This document shows, in pieces, positions 16,774 to 25,659 of a stretch of 37,954 bases of DNA. Position 1 is the stretch's first letter; each line of letters opens with the position of its first letter. Both the position numbers and the translations under genes were made by a program. The notes below the pieces were generated by a model. The model did no database searches, was not told the DNA's origin, and saw only the letters and a program-made list of their open reading frames with translations. The DNA is from Candidatus Magasanikiibacteriota bacterium (GTDB lineage Bacteria > Patescibacteriota > Patescibacteriia > Magasanikbacterales > UBA10003): contig JACROI010000025.1 in the NCBI GenBank assembly GCA_016214465.1, forward strand, positions 1-37,954, in the 5' to 3' direction.

Positions 16774-16839
16774 AGTTATCACCTAAAAGTTATCATATTT
16801 GATAACTCCTAGTATACCATAAACCAATAAAAATGTCAA
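16774..16839 (-). promoter_or_regulatory. abiE promoter with repeated operator boxes
   Basis: TTGACA(16839-16834)-17 bp-TATACT(16816-16811). AGTTATCA boxes at 16774-16781 and 16788-16795, with inverted TGATAACT at 16800-16807. Confidence 0.75.
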
Positions 16840-16870
16840 ATTTAGCTCTAAACAACAAAATTTTATACAT

Positions 16871-16910
16871 AAAAAGAGGAGCGAACGGATGTGCAATCCA
16901 ACAGCTCCTC
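16871..16910 (-). terminator. Intrinsic terminator of ileS
   Basis: GAGGAGC...GCTCCTC stem followed by TTTTT on the minus strand. Confidence 0.7.
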
Positions 16911-16916
16911 AAAAAG

Positions 16917-19796
16917 TTATATTTTTTCAATCTTAATCTCCACCGACACCCCATCAATTTCTATTTTTTCACCTTCGCCTTCTTCCAACTTTTTCGCCAA
17001 CACGCTCTTTTTTATTTCCTCACTAAATTCCGTAAATACTTCTCGCAATAATTTATCATCGGTTTGATATTTAATAATTACTTGGTCATGAATAGTCAAG
17101 CCGATTTCTTTGCGTTTTTGATTGATAGCGCGGATAATTTCGCGCGCCAAGCCCTCTTTTTTCAACTCCTGTGTTATCTCAACATCCAACTCCACTTTCA
17201 ATTCACTGCCTTTTTTATTTATCTCAACTTTTTTCACATTCAATTCATCAGCCACAATTTGTCGCATGGCCTCGGACAATTCGCCACCCGCCACCAGCAG
17301 ACGCGGCAATGGTTGGCGCACTTTAACACACTTGGCCGCTCGCAAAGCCAAACCCATTTCCACAATTTTTCGCGCCGTTGTCATTTCGGCCAACAATTTT
17401 TCATCAATCAATTTTTCATCCGCTTTCGGCCAATCCTCCAAATGCACACTTTCTTTTTCTCCACCCAATGCCAAATAAATTTTTTCCACGATAAACGGCG
17501 TGAATGGCGCCATTAATTTTGAAAGCGTCATCAAAACCTCGCGCAAAGTAACCAAAGCCGCCTGCTTGTCCGCTTCATCATCGCCCTTGAATCTATCGCG
17601 CGACCGGCGCAGATACCAAGTGGACAAATCATCAATAAAATCCTTAATCGACCGGCTGGCTTTTACCGTGTTGTAATTATCCATTTGCTCGGTAATTTCT
17701 TTAATCAATAAATTCAATTTGGCCAAAATCCATTTATCCAATATATTATCGGATAATTGCTTGCCACTAACCGCACCGTCCTTTTCCGCGTACATTTTGT
17801 AAAACTCCACGACATTCCATAAGATATTGATGACTTTATTGTAAATTTCTTTTACTTCTTTATCGCTAAAAAATAAATTCTCGGCATCCATCACCACGCT
17901 ATTCATCATATAGTATCGCATCGCGTCCACGCCATATTGCTCAATAATCACCCACGGGTCAGTGTAGTTTAGTTTGGATTTGGATAATTTTTCGCCTTTG
18001 GCATTTAAAATCGTACCAGTAGTAACACAATTTTCAAAACTAACATCATCAAACAAAAGAGCGGACACCACATGCATATAATAAAACCAAGCGCGGGTTT
18101 GAGCAATGTATTCGGCAATGTACTGCCCTGGAAATCGTGATTTAAACACCTTTTTGTTTTCAAACGGATAATGCCACTCTGCAAATGGCATTGCGGCCGA
18201 CTCCATCCAGCAGTCAATCACCTCTGGAATACGAGCCATCTCTTTCCCGCAGGCGCATTTTAATTTAATTTTATCCATCTGGTCTTTGTGCAAATCCAAA
18301 TCTTCAACTTTTTCCGTATTATATACCGCATCAAAATTTATGGCCTGCGCTTTTAATTCTTTGACACTGCCGATACACTTGGTCTGACCGCATTCACATT
18401 TCCAAAAAGGCAAAGGCGTTGCCCAATAGCGATTGCGCGAGATGTTCCAGTCCGGCGCGGTCTCCAAAATGTTTAAAAATCTACCGTGTTTCAGATGCTC
18501 CGGATACCAATTTATTTTTTCATTTAACTCAATCAACCGCGATTTTATTTTTTGAATATCAATAAACCAAGCGGAAATGGCATTGTAAAAAAGCTGGGTG
18601 TCGCAACGCCAGCAATGAGGATAAGAGTGGGTGTATTTTTCTTTGGTAAACAATAAACCGCGCTTTTCCAAATCTTCTTTTATGGCTTTTTCCGCTTTTT
18701 TAAAATATTGGCCACGGATTAACTCTGGCGCGTCTTCATTAAAATGCCCTTTTTCATCCAACAACGGCACCATTGGCAAATCAAGCTTCACGCCTAAATT
18801 ATAGTCGTCTTCGCCATAAATTACAGCAGTGTGCACAATACCCGTGCCTTCTTCTGTGGTTACAAAATCGGCCGACGCCACATACCAGGCATTTTTGCCG
18901 GAATTTTTTACAGCCGGAATATCAAACAATGGTTCATATTCCAGGCCAATCAAATCCGCGCCTGATAATTCCTTAAACACTTCATATTTTTCACTTAAAA
19001 CATTGGTAACACGATCTTTGGCTAAAATATAATTTTCCGCGCCTGATTTTACCAACAAATATTCAATCTTCTCGCCCACTGCCAACGCCACATTGCCAGG
19101 CAAAGTCCAAGGTGTCGTAGTCCAAGCCAAAAGATAAGTATTTTCCGACAAACCATGTTTGGTCGGATTTTTCACTTTAAACTTCACTGTCACCGCTTCC
19201 TCAATAATATCTTTGTAACTATTATCCATGGCAATTTCCGCTTTTGAAACAGGAGTTTCGCAACGCGGGCAGTACATCAACACTTTTCGGCCATTATAAA
19301 TCAAACCTTTATCCCAAATGGTTTTCAAAGCCCACCACACCGACTCCATATATGTTGAGTCCATTGTTTTATAAGCATTGTCAAACTCCACCCAACGACC
19401 AATACGATCAATCATCTTTTTCCAATCATGCGTGTATGTTAAAACTTTTGAACGGCATATCTCATTAAATTTTTCTACGCCTAATTTTTCTTCAATATCT
19501 TTCTTGCCCGATATTTTCAATTCCTTTTCCACTATATTTTCAATCGGCAAGCCATGACAATCCCAACCCCAACGCCGGCGCACGCGCCAACCCTTCATGG
19601 TTTGATAGCGCGGCACCACATCTTTTATAACCGAACCCAAAATATGCCCGTAATGCGGAAGTCCGGTCGCAAACGGCGGGCCATCATAAAAAACATAGGG
19701 CTTGCTCACAGACCGGCTTTCCACTGATTTCTCAAAACACTTATGCTCCTCCCAGTATTTAAGTATTTCTTGTTCTTCTTTATTGGCATTATACAT
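16917..19796 (-). CDS. ileS: Isoleucine--tRNA ligase (type 2)
   Basis: FYDGPPFATGLPHYGH, GWDCHGLPIE, AWTTTPWTLP, WNISRNRYW and KLSKS motifs. Confidence 0.96.
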   Translation of the reverse strand: MYNANKEEQEILKYWEEHKCFEKSVESRSVSKPYVFYDGPPFATGLPHYGHILGSVIKDVVPRYQTMKGWRVRRRWGWDCHGLPIENIVEKELKISGKKDIEEKLGVEKFNEICRSKVLTYTHDWKKMIDRIGRWVEFDNAYKTMDSTYMESVWWALKTIWDKGLIYNGRKVLMYCPRCETPVSKAEIAMDNSYKDIIEEAVTVKFKVKNPTKHGLSENTYLLAWTTTPWTLPGNVALAVGEKIEYLLVKSGAENYILAKDRVTNVLSEKYEVFKELSGADLIGLEYEPLFDIPAVKNSGKNAWYVASADFVTTEEGTGIVHTAVIYGEDDYNLGVKLDLPMVPLLDEKGHFNEDAPELIRGQYFKKAEKAIKEDLEKRGLLFTKEKYTHSYPHCWRCDTQLFYNAISAWFIDIQKIKSRLIELNEKINWYPEHLKHGRFLNILETAPDWNISRNRYWATPLPFWKCECGQTKCIGSVKELKAQAINFDAVYNTEKVEDLDLHKDQMDKIKLKCACGKEMARIPEVIDCWMESAAMPFAEWHYPFENKKVFKSRFPGQYIAEYIAQTRAWFYYMHVVSALLFDDVSFENCVTTGTILNAKGEKLSKSKLNYTDPWVIIEQYGVDAMRYYMMNSVVMDAENLFFSDKEVKEIYNKVINILWNVVEFYKMYAEKDGAVSGKQLSDNILDKWILAKLNLLIKEITEQMDNYNTVKASRSIKDFIDDLSTWYLRRSRDRFKGDDEADKQAALVTLREVLMTLSKLMAPFTPFIVEKIYLALGGEKESVHLEDWPKADEKLIDEKLLAEMTTARKIVEMGLALRAAKCVKVRQPLPRLLVAGGELSEAMRQIVADELNVKKVEINKKGSELKVELDVEITQELKKEGLAREIIRAINQKRKEIGLTIHDQVIIKYQTDDKLLREVFTEFSEEIKKSVLAKKLEEGEGEKIEIDGVSVEIKIEKI

Positions 19797-19814
19797 ATTG
19801 ACTTATTGTAGACC

Positions 19815-19849
19815 AAAAACTCCCCTGACGCAAGCCAGAGGAGTTTTTT
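19815..19849 (-). terminator. Terminator of the giant surface-protein gene, overlapping a probable ileS promoter
   Basis: AAAAACTCC.CTG...CAG.GGAGTTTTT stem. On the minus strand, TTGCGT-17 bp-TACAAT ends 8 nt before the ileS ATG. Confidence 0.7.
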
Positions 19850-19857
19850 GTTTTTCG

Positions 19858-22800
19858 CTATTTCAATTCAATGCTGAAAAACAAACTATTTTCCGTCAAT
19901 AATTCTTTTGTCTTCCAATCATAGGCAACAATACGAATGGAATAATTGCCGGCTGATAAGTTGACCGCCACCGGCTGTTTGACATTCAACGAGTCATTTT
20001 CACCCGCTTTCATCGTCCATTTGCCGCTTCCGGTCTGCATAATCTTTCCGTCAGCGCCCAACAATTGCCGCACCATTTTCACCACCTGTTTTGCTTCGGT
20101 GTTATTCGTATAACTATAATGGAAGTTCACCATGGTCGGCACCGGCACATTGGATTTTATCTTAGCCAAAATTGTCTCATCAAAAGCAATGTCAGAAGCA
20201 CTATTGCTCACTCCGCCCATAATAAACATTTTCTTTTTCAGCTTTTCCACTTGAATGTTAAAACTGTTTTCATCAATTAGCTTACCTGTCTTAGCATTCA
20301 AAATCTTAACCTTAACAATATACTCACCGGCTGTTAATTTTTTGTTAACTGCCTCTGATATATCTGCTTGAAATGATTTGCCGGTTTTTATTGTTTTAAC
20401 AGCTGAGGCAGTACTGACCACCTTGCCTTTGCTATTTAATAATTGGCGGACAATTTTAATGGATACTGCTTTGGCGCTATCATTTTGATATTCATAACTG
20501 AATTTCAGTATATCACCAGGCTGATAAGAAGAAGCTACGACATCGGTAATCGCCACCTTGGAAGAAGGCGTGGAGATGGTAATTTCTCCGGGCACAGACG
20601 ACGCGACGGTTTTTGGCTGAACAGTCGCGGTCGAGGCAACGGGAGCTGTTGCCGGCACAGTGGCCGGTGTTGCGGAAATACTCGCTATATTCAAATCCAA
20701 AACCGTGGCTTCGCTTACTCCGCCCAAAGATGTACGAAATTTAATGTACAATTTCTTCGCGCCCAGACCATCAGATAGTTTGAAACTTTTGGTCGTAACA
20801 TAACTTTCCCAAGAGGATCCTGAAAAATCCGTTTTTTCCGAAATGGCCATTTGCACGGCATCAGTAACATTGAACTTCAACACCACATCCAGAGAAGTTA
20901 AAGCATTTGCATTGCCACCGACTATGACAGAGGTGGTAGTAACTTTGGGAGCCGGCTGAACAATCGTGGCTCCGGCGCCGCCAGTGGTTGGAGCAACCGG
21001 AGCAGCGGAGTTGGAGGCAGAAGAAAATTCAGACTCTAAACCACCGGTGTCAGTGGCTGTGATTCTGTAATAATAAGTACTTCCATTGACAGCCGATGAG
21101 TCGGTATAACTATTGGTAGTGGCAGAACCAAGAGAAGAAAAAGTGCCATTGGCAGTACTGGAACGATAAATATCATAACCCTGTAAATCGCCTTCGCTAT
21201 TGGCTGTCCATGTAATGGAAACAGTGGCGTTGCCGGCAACCGCCGCCACATTGGCCGGAGCGCTTGGAGCCATGCCGTCAGACGGAGCGATTGGATTGAA
21301 TGAGGAAAAGTGAGATGTCTGGCCGGTATAAGCCAAAGTGGAAGCGCTGGCTGATGGTTCAATAAATTTACCACTGGAATCCTTGTAACCAATGGTGGTT
21401 GGCAAGGTTTGCCAATTGTCAGCCGTATCGTCCCAAGAAGCCATATTTACTTTTTCCAATTTAACCAAAGTCAATGCGCCCAAGGCAGTTGTCATAACGC
21501 TATTGGAATAACTGGCGCCGACAGAAACATCACTATTTAACAAGGTTACGGCATTGCCATCATTATCATAACTGCTAACTGTCTTGGCCTCTCCGCTAAC
21601 GGGCGTGCCGGCATTGCCGCCCACCACATTGGAAACCTCTTTTTCATTAAGAGAATACGGATTGGCTGAGTTAGCCAACGCGCCTTCCGAGGAATTGACC
21701 GAAACGCCGGCGGAAGAATCATTCATAGAGCCGCCATTCTGCGGAGTAAGCGATTGAGAAGTGGATCCGGAGAGCGAGGTGGCAGTGGTAGAAAGAGTAA
21801 TATCTTTGCCGCTCACATTGGCGCCACTGACAGCCACAATAGAACTGTAAGTGCTTTCAGTGTATCCATCTGCCGCGGCGGAAATTTTCCAATTACCATT
21901 AATGACTTTCAAAGAATAAGTACCGTCAGTGGCGGTGGTTGCAGTCACAATTCCTCCGCCCAATTTTTCCGCGCGCACCGTGGCGCCGGATGCCGCCGAA
22001 CTGCCAGCAGTAATCGTACCGGAAATGGTATAGGCGGCCGCGGTCATTGTTGTGGCTGAATCAGCCAACGCGCCGCTTGCGCTAATAGCCACGCTGGAAG
22101 CCGTATCAATGTAGCCGTCTTTGGTGGCGCTTACTAAATAGGTCGCGTTGGAAACTTTAGCGGAATAATTGCCGCTGGTGTCGGCCAAAACATCAACTTT
22201 TTCATTGGTTGAAGAATTTTCCAAATGCACCGTAGCTCCGGGCACAGCTGTACCGTCAGCATCTTTCACTGTCCCGCTTACATAATTAATGGCCGGCAAT
22301 CTTATATTAATTGATTCCGTGTTGGCATCCACTTCCACTTTCCAATAACCGCTGGCCGCGGTGGAGGTGGCCAGCACAGTATTACTGTCCGCACCAGACA
22401 CATTTAAACTGCTGTCGGAAACACCGGGAATAGTCACATTCATTAAATACATGTTGGTCGGATTGGTGCTGGTGACTGCATTTAATGCATTAGCTACATC
22501 ATATTGCGGCAACGATATTGTACTTGAAGCAACACCACTCCACGATTCCACTTTGTCGGTCTTCCCGCCGATTTGCATAAATTCCACCACTGCCTGAACA
22601 CTACTCGTGGCATTACCGCTGGAATCTAAGATATTAATTGTAACGGCGCCGGTTTTTGGAGCCAAAATATCATAAGGAGCTGTGGCAACAGTCCCGGCTC
22701 CATTAACCACAATACTTTGAGTGGAAGAAGACATTTCGCCTTGCGTTGGAGAAAAAGCAGTCATAGTATAAGTGCCTGGAGGAAGTTTCAAAGTGGAACT

Positions 22801-25659
22801 ACCGTTGGTGTCGGTCATTACACTATTGATATAGCTCGTGTTTTCGCCGGTATCGCTGGTATCCCCATCATTATTCAAGTCCCCGGTCGTACCCTGAACA
22901 ATTATTTGCACATTGCTCGTTCCCTCTCCGGAATCAAACACACCATCAGCATCGGCATCATTGCCAACACTCTTGGTGATCGTGGCATAATTAACAGAGC
23001 TGGTGTTGGGCTCAAAATTTTGTCCACTAGAACTGGAACCGCTAATAGTCACTGTTTTTTCAGGCAATTTTCCATAGTCAGGAGCAAACGCCTGAACTTT
23101 CCAAATACCATTTGCCACATACAAAGTATAATTTCCTGAAGAATTCGTAAATGTTTCTGAATGGCCCGGCCCATCGGTGCGATAGGCGTTGACCGGCGCG
23201 TTAGCAACCGGATTTGTGCCGTCAGTAACTTGACCTGAAATTGTGTAAGATGGCTTGCTGATAGTCAATGTCAAACTGGCGCTGGTCATGCTGGATAAAG
23301 CAATACCGGTGCTTGAACCATCAACGAACATTTTATCAGCGCCGCCATCATCTTTAATAAGAATTGACCTCTCCACGCCACCTGGCATGCCGGAAACGCT
23401 CGCACCTATTTTATACGAACCATAAGACAAATTTAGCGAACCTGTTCCATCGGCATTGGCTGCGGTATCGTTGCCAGATCCGCCTGCCGGAGAATACGCA
23501 AAAACATTGGCATTGGCAATTGCATTGCTTGACGCGTCTTTAACTGTAAATTTAATTGTCTTATTAGCCGCTGAGATATTGAAAGTTAAAGTTGATGGAT
23601 TTACAGAACAAGAAGATGGACAGCCGCTCACCTGCACTTCTTGCGGTTTTGGCGGCATCCAAGCTGTTGGAGCTGACGGCCCACCCTTGCCAAACATTTC
23701 CGTGGACATTTGCGGTCCAAAACCAACCATCCACACGCCATTGGTATTTAATTTTATGGAATTGGAAGTATTACCGGCAAGCGTACCATTCAAAGTGGAA
23801 GTGGCTTTTCTAAACGAACCTGGTCCTCCTGCAAAAATATCAATTGCATCATTGCTGAATGTGCCGCTGATATTCAAAGTGACAGTGGCACCGGTGGAAG
23901 CATCCACAACCGAGATATTCTGACTGCAAATGTTGGAAGAACAATTAGTTGAGTTAACATTGATTGGGCCTGGAAATCCTGCAGTGTAGCTCGTGCCGCC
24001 TGATTTTGCAAATTGTTCGGCTCCCAACATATATGTTCCAGCCACCAAATTTTGAAACATGAATTCTCCATCTTGTGCGTTAAAACGACCATTGGCAGTT
24101 GAGGAAGATTGCGGGCCGGTCATTGGCGACATTAAGAAAACATTAATACCATTGACCCCGCTAGCCCCGGACATCACGCGGCCGCGCACGGTGAAACTGC
24201 CGGCGGCCGAAGTGGAAAAAGAACTGGAAGACAATGTTTCTAAAACAGTGCCATCTGCTTTTTTAGTGGAAACAGTGGCGGAATTACCACTCATACCAAC
24301 TTTTGTCGCGTTGGAAGGATTAACTATTTGCGCGATGTCCATTCGCAAGAAATCATGCTGGTCGCCATCGCCGGAAGTCAGATTAGCTGTGCCGCGACGC
24401 GTAGCCACCGCTCCTAAAATAATCCTCACAGTACGCGAGTCTGTATTCACTATCACGCCATCACTAGCCGCGCCGCCAGTTGTCCAGCCGGATGGTAAAG
24501 TCCCTTCGCTTGTGCCAAAAACAACCGTGCCCGAACCAGGCCCGTTCAAATCATTATTCGGCGGACTGGCAGTGTCTTTTTTAGCATTAACAACATCGGT
24601 TCCATCCGGGAAAGCAATATCAATAAATCCGGCATTGGGAACTTGATAAGACAAAGGAATCTCCACGCCATAAATTGTACTCACACTAGCCATTGAATTA
24701 AATGGATAAACTTTAACGCCCGGAGCAAAACCGATTCCTGAATCAATAAAAGTTCCAACCATTGCCGGCGGCCCGCCCATCATTCCGCCCTGCATCATGT
24801 TGCCATCGGTGCCAAACATCGGCCCGGTCATACCGCCGCCGGTAAAATTACCGGTCTTGCCGCTGGATTGCGCGGTAGTGGTCGCGGCCGCGGCCGTGCT
24901 GGCGGCAATATCATTAAAACCAATATCCTTGGCGCTGGCCACACTGATGTTGACCAAATTATTGGCAACGATGCCAGTGATGCCATTCAAAGCCACGCTA
25001 CGACTGGGCGCGTCATAAGTGATGGTCGCCGCGGAAGTGGAAATGGTGGACTGTGTGGCTCCAGCGGAACTGACTAGATGAACAGTATAATTGGCCGGTT
25101 TCAAAACGCTATTGGCATAATTCAAATCACTGACCGAACCGGCCAACATTGGCTTGGAAAATACCACTTTCAAGGCGTAATCATTGGCTTGAGCGGAAAC
25201 TACTGTTGGAGAAGAAGTATCGGCGTTACCGGTGGTGAAAGTGCGCAAAAGAGTTGATGCCAAAGCATTGCCGGCTAAATCTTGTACGCCGGTCGTAACT
25301 GTGATGGTATAGGTGCTGGTGGCGGCCAAAGAATAATTTGGAATAAAAGTAGCTGTCCAATTATTGGAATCATAAGTTAAACTGCCGGCCACAGCCGAAG
25401 ACCCCAGTTTCACTAACACAGAATTCTCGGTGACGGTCGTTGGGTTCATGGCCTCGGAAAAACTAAAAATAATCGGCTTCAAAGTTGACACGCCGGTCGC
25501 GGTATCAGCCGGCACAGTATTATCAACAGTCGGAGCGGTAAGATCCCCGGTCGCGCTGGAACTGGTGTCAAAATCCGATTGATATTTAACACTGGTCAAA
25601 TAACCGGATGTTCCCGGATTTCCCAATGGGATTCCTTTGGAAGATGTCATTCCGCCCAA
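19858..25659 (-). CDS. Giant surface protein, C-terminal part (Ig-like Big_5, carboxypeptidase-regulatory-like repeats, FN3)
   Basis: S/T/G/A-rich 1933-aa frame. Contains APTV...FSFSEAMNP (Big_5), repeated ISGxVTD/VSGTVKD units, FN3 APSAPANV...W...GYDIYRS and DxDxDG loops. No signal peptide of its own. Confidence 0.8.
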   Translation of the reverse strand: MGGMTSSKGIPLGNPGTSGYLTSVKYQSDFDTSSSATGDLTAPTVDNTVPADTATGVSTLKPIIFSFSEAMNPTTVTENSVLVKLGSSAVAGSLTYDSNNWTATFIPNYSLAATSTYTITVTTGVQDLAGNALASTLLRTFTTGNADTSSPTVVSAQANDYALKVVFSKPMLAGSVSDLNYANSVLKPANYTVHLVSSAGATQSTISTSAATITYDAPSRSVALNGITGIVANNLVNISVASAKDIGFNDIAASTAAAATTTAQSSGKTGNFTGGGMTGPMFGTDGNMMQGGMMGGPPAMVGTFIDSGIGFAPGVKVYPFNSMASVSTIYGVEIPLSYQVPNAGFIDIAFPDGTDVVNAKKDTASPPNNDLNGPGSGTVVFGTSEGTLPSGWTTGGAASDGVIVNTDSRTVRIILGAVATRRGTANLTSGDGDQHDFLRMDIAQIVNPSNATKVGMSGNSATVSTKKADGTVLETLSSSSFSTSAAGSFTVRGRVMSGASGVNGINVFLMSPMTGPQSSSTANGRFNAQDGEFMFQNLVAGTYMLGAEQFAKSGGTSYTAGFPGPINVNSTNCSSNICSQNISVVDASTGATVTLNISGTFSNDAIDIFAGGPGSFRKATSTLNGTLAGNTSNSIKLNTNGVWMVGFGPQMSTEMFGKGGPSAPTAWMPPKPQEVQVSGCPSSCSVNPSTLTFNISAANKTIKFTVKDASSNAIANANVFAYSPAGGSGNDTAANADGTGSLNLSYGSYKIGASVSGMPGGVERSILIKDDGGADKMFVDGSSTGIALSSMTSASLTLTISKPSYTISGQVTDGTNPVANAPVNAYRTDGPGHSETFTNSSGNYTLYVANGIWKVQAFAPDYGKLPEKTVTISGSSSSGQNFEPNTSSVNYATITKSVGNDADADGVFDSGEGTSNVQIIVQGTTGDLNNDGDTSDTGENTSYINSVMTDTNGSSTLKLPPGTYTMTAFSPTQGEMSSSTQSIVVNGAGTVATAPYDILAPKTGAVTINILDSSGNATSSVQAVVEFMQIGGKTDKVESWSGVASSTISLPQYDVANALNAVTSTNPTNMYLMNVTIPGVSDSSLNVSGADSNTVLATSTAASGYWKVEVDANTESINIRLPAINYVSGTVKDADGTAVPGATVHLENSSTNEKVDVLADTSGNYSAKVSNATYLVSATKDGYIDTASSVAISASGALADSATTMTAAAYTISGTITAGSSAASGATVRAEKLGGGIVTATTATDGTYSLKVINGNWKISAAADGYTESTYSSIVAVSGANVSGKDITLSTTATSLSGSTSQSLTPQNGGSMNDSSAGVSVNSSEGALANSANPYSLNEKEVSNVVGGNAGTPVSGEAKTVSSYDNDGNAVTLLNSDVSVGASYSNSVMTTALGALTLVKLEKVNMASWDDTADNWQTLPTTIGYKDSSGKFIEPSASASTLAYTGQTSHFSSFNPIAPSDGMAPSAPANVAAVAGNATVSITWTANSEGDLQGYDIYRSSTANGTFSSLGSATTNSYTDSSAVNGSTYYYRITATDTGGLESEFSSASNSAAPVAPTTGGAGATIVQPAPKVTTTSVIVGGNANALTSLDVVLKFNVTDAVQMAISEKTDFSGSSWESYVTTKSFKLSDGLGAKKLYIKFRTSLGGVSEATVLDLNIASISATPATVPATAPVASTATVQPKTVASSVPGEITISTPSSKVAITDVVASSYQPGDILKFSYEYQNDSAKAVSIKIVRQLLNSKGKVVSTASAVKTIKTGKSFQADISEAVNKKLTAGEYIVKVKILNAKTGKLIDENSFNIQVEKLKKKMFIMGGVSNSASDIAFDETILAKIKSNVPVPTMVNFHYSYTNNTEAKQVVKMVRQLLGADGKIMQTGSGKWTMKAGENDSLNVKQPVAVNLSAGNYSIRIVAYDWKTKELLTENSLFFSIELK

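Noticed and set aside
19797-19857. T-box riboswitch upstream of ileS (or trpS)
   Set aside because: The intergenic space is too short and has no T-box consensus; ileS appears nearly leaderless and trpS follows rnj by 9 bp.
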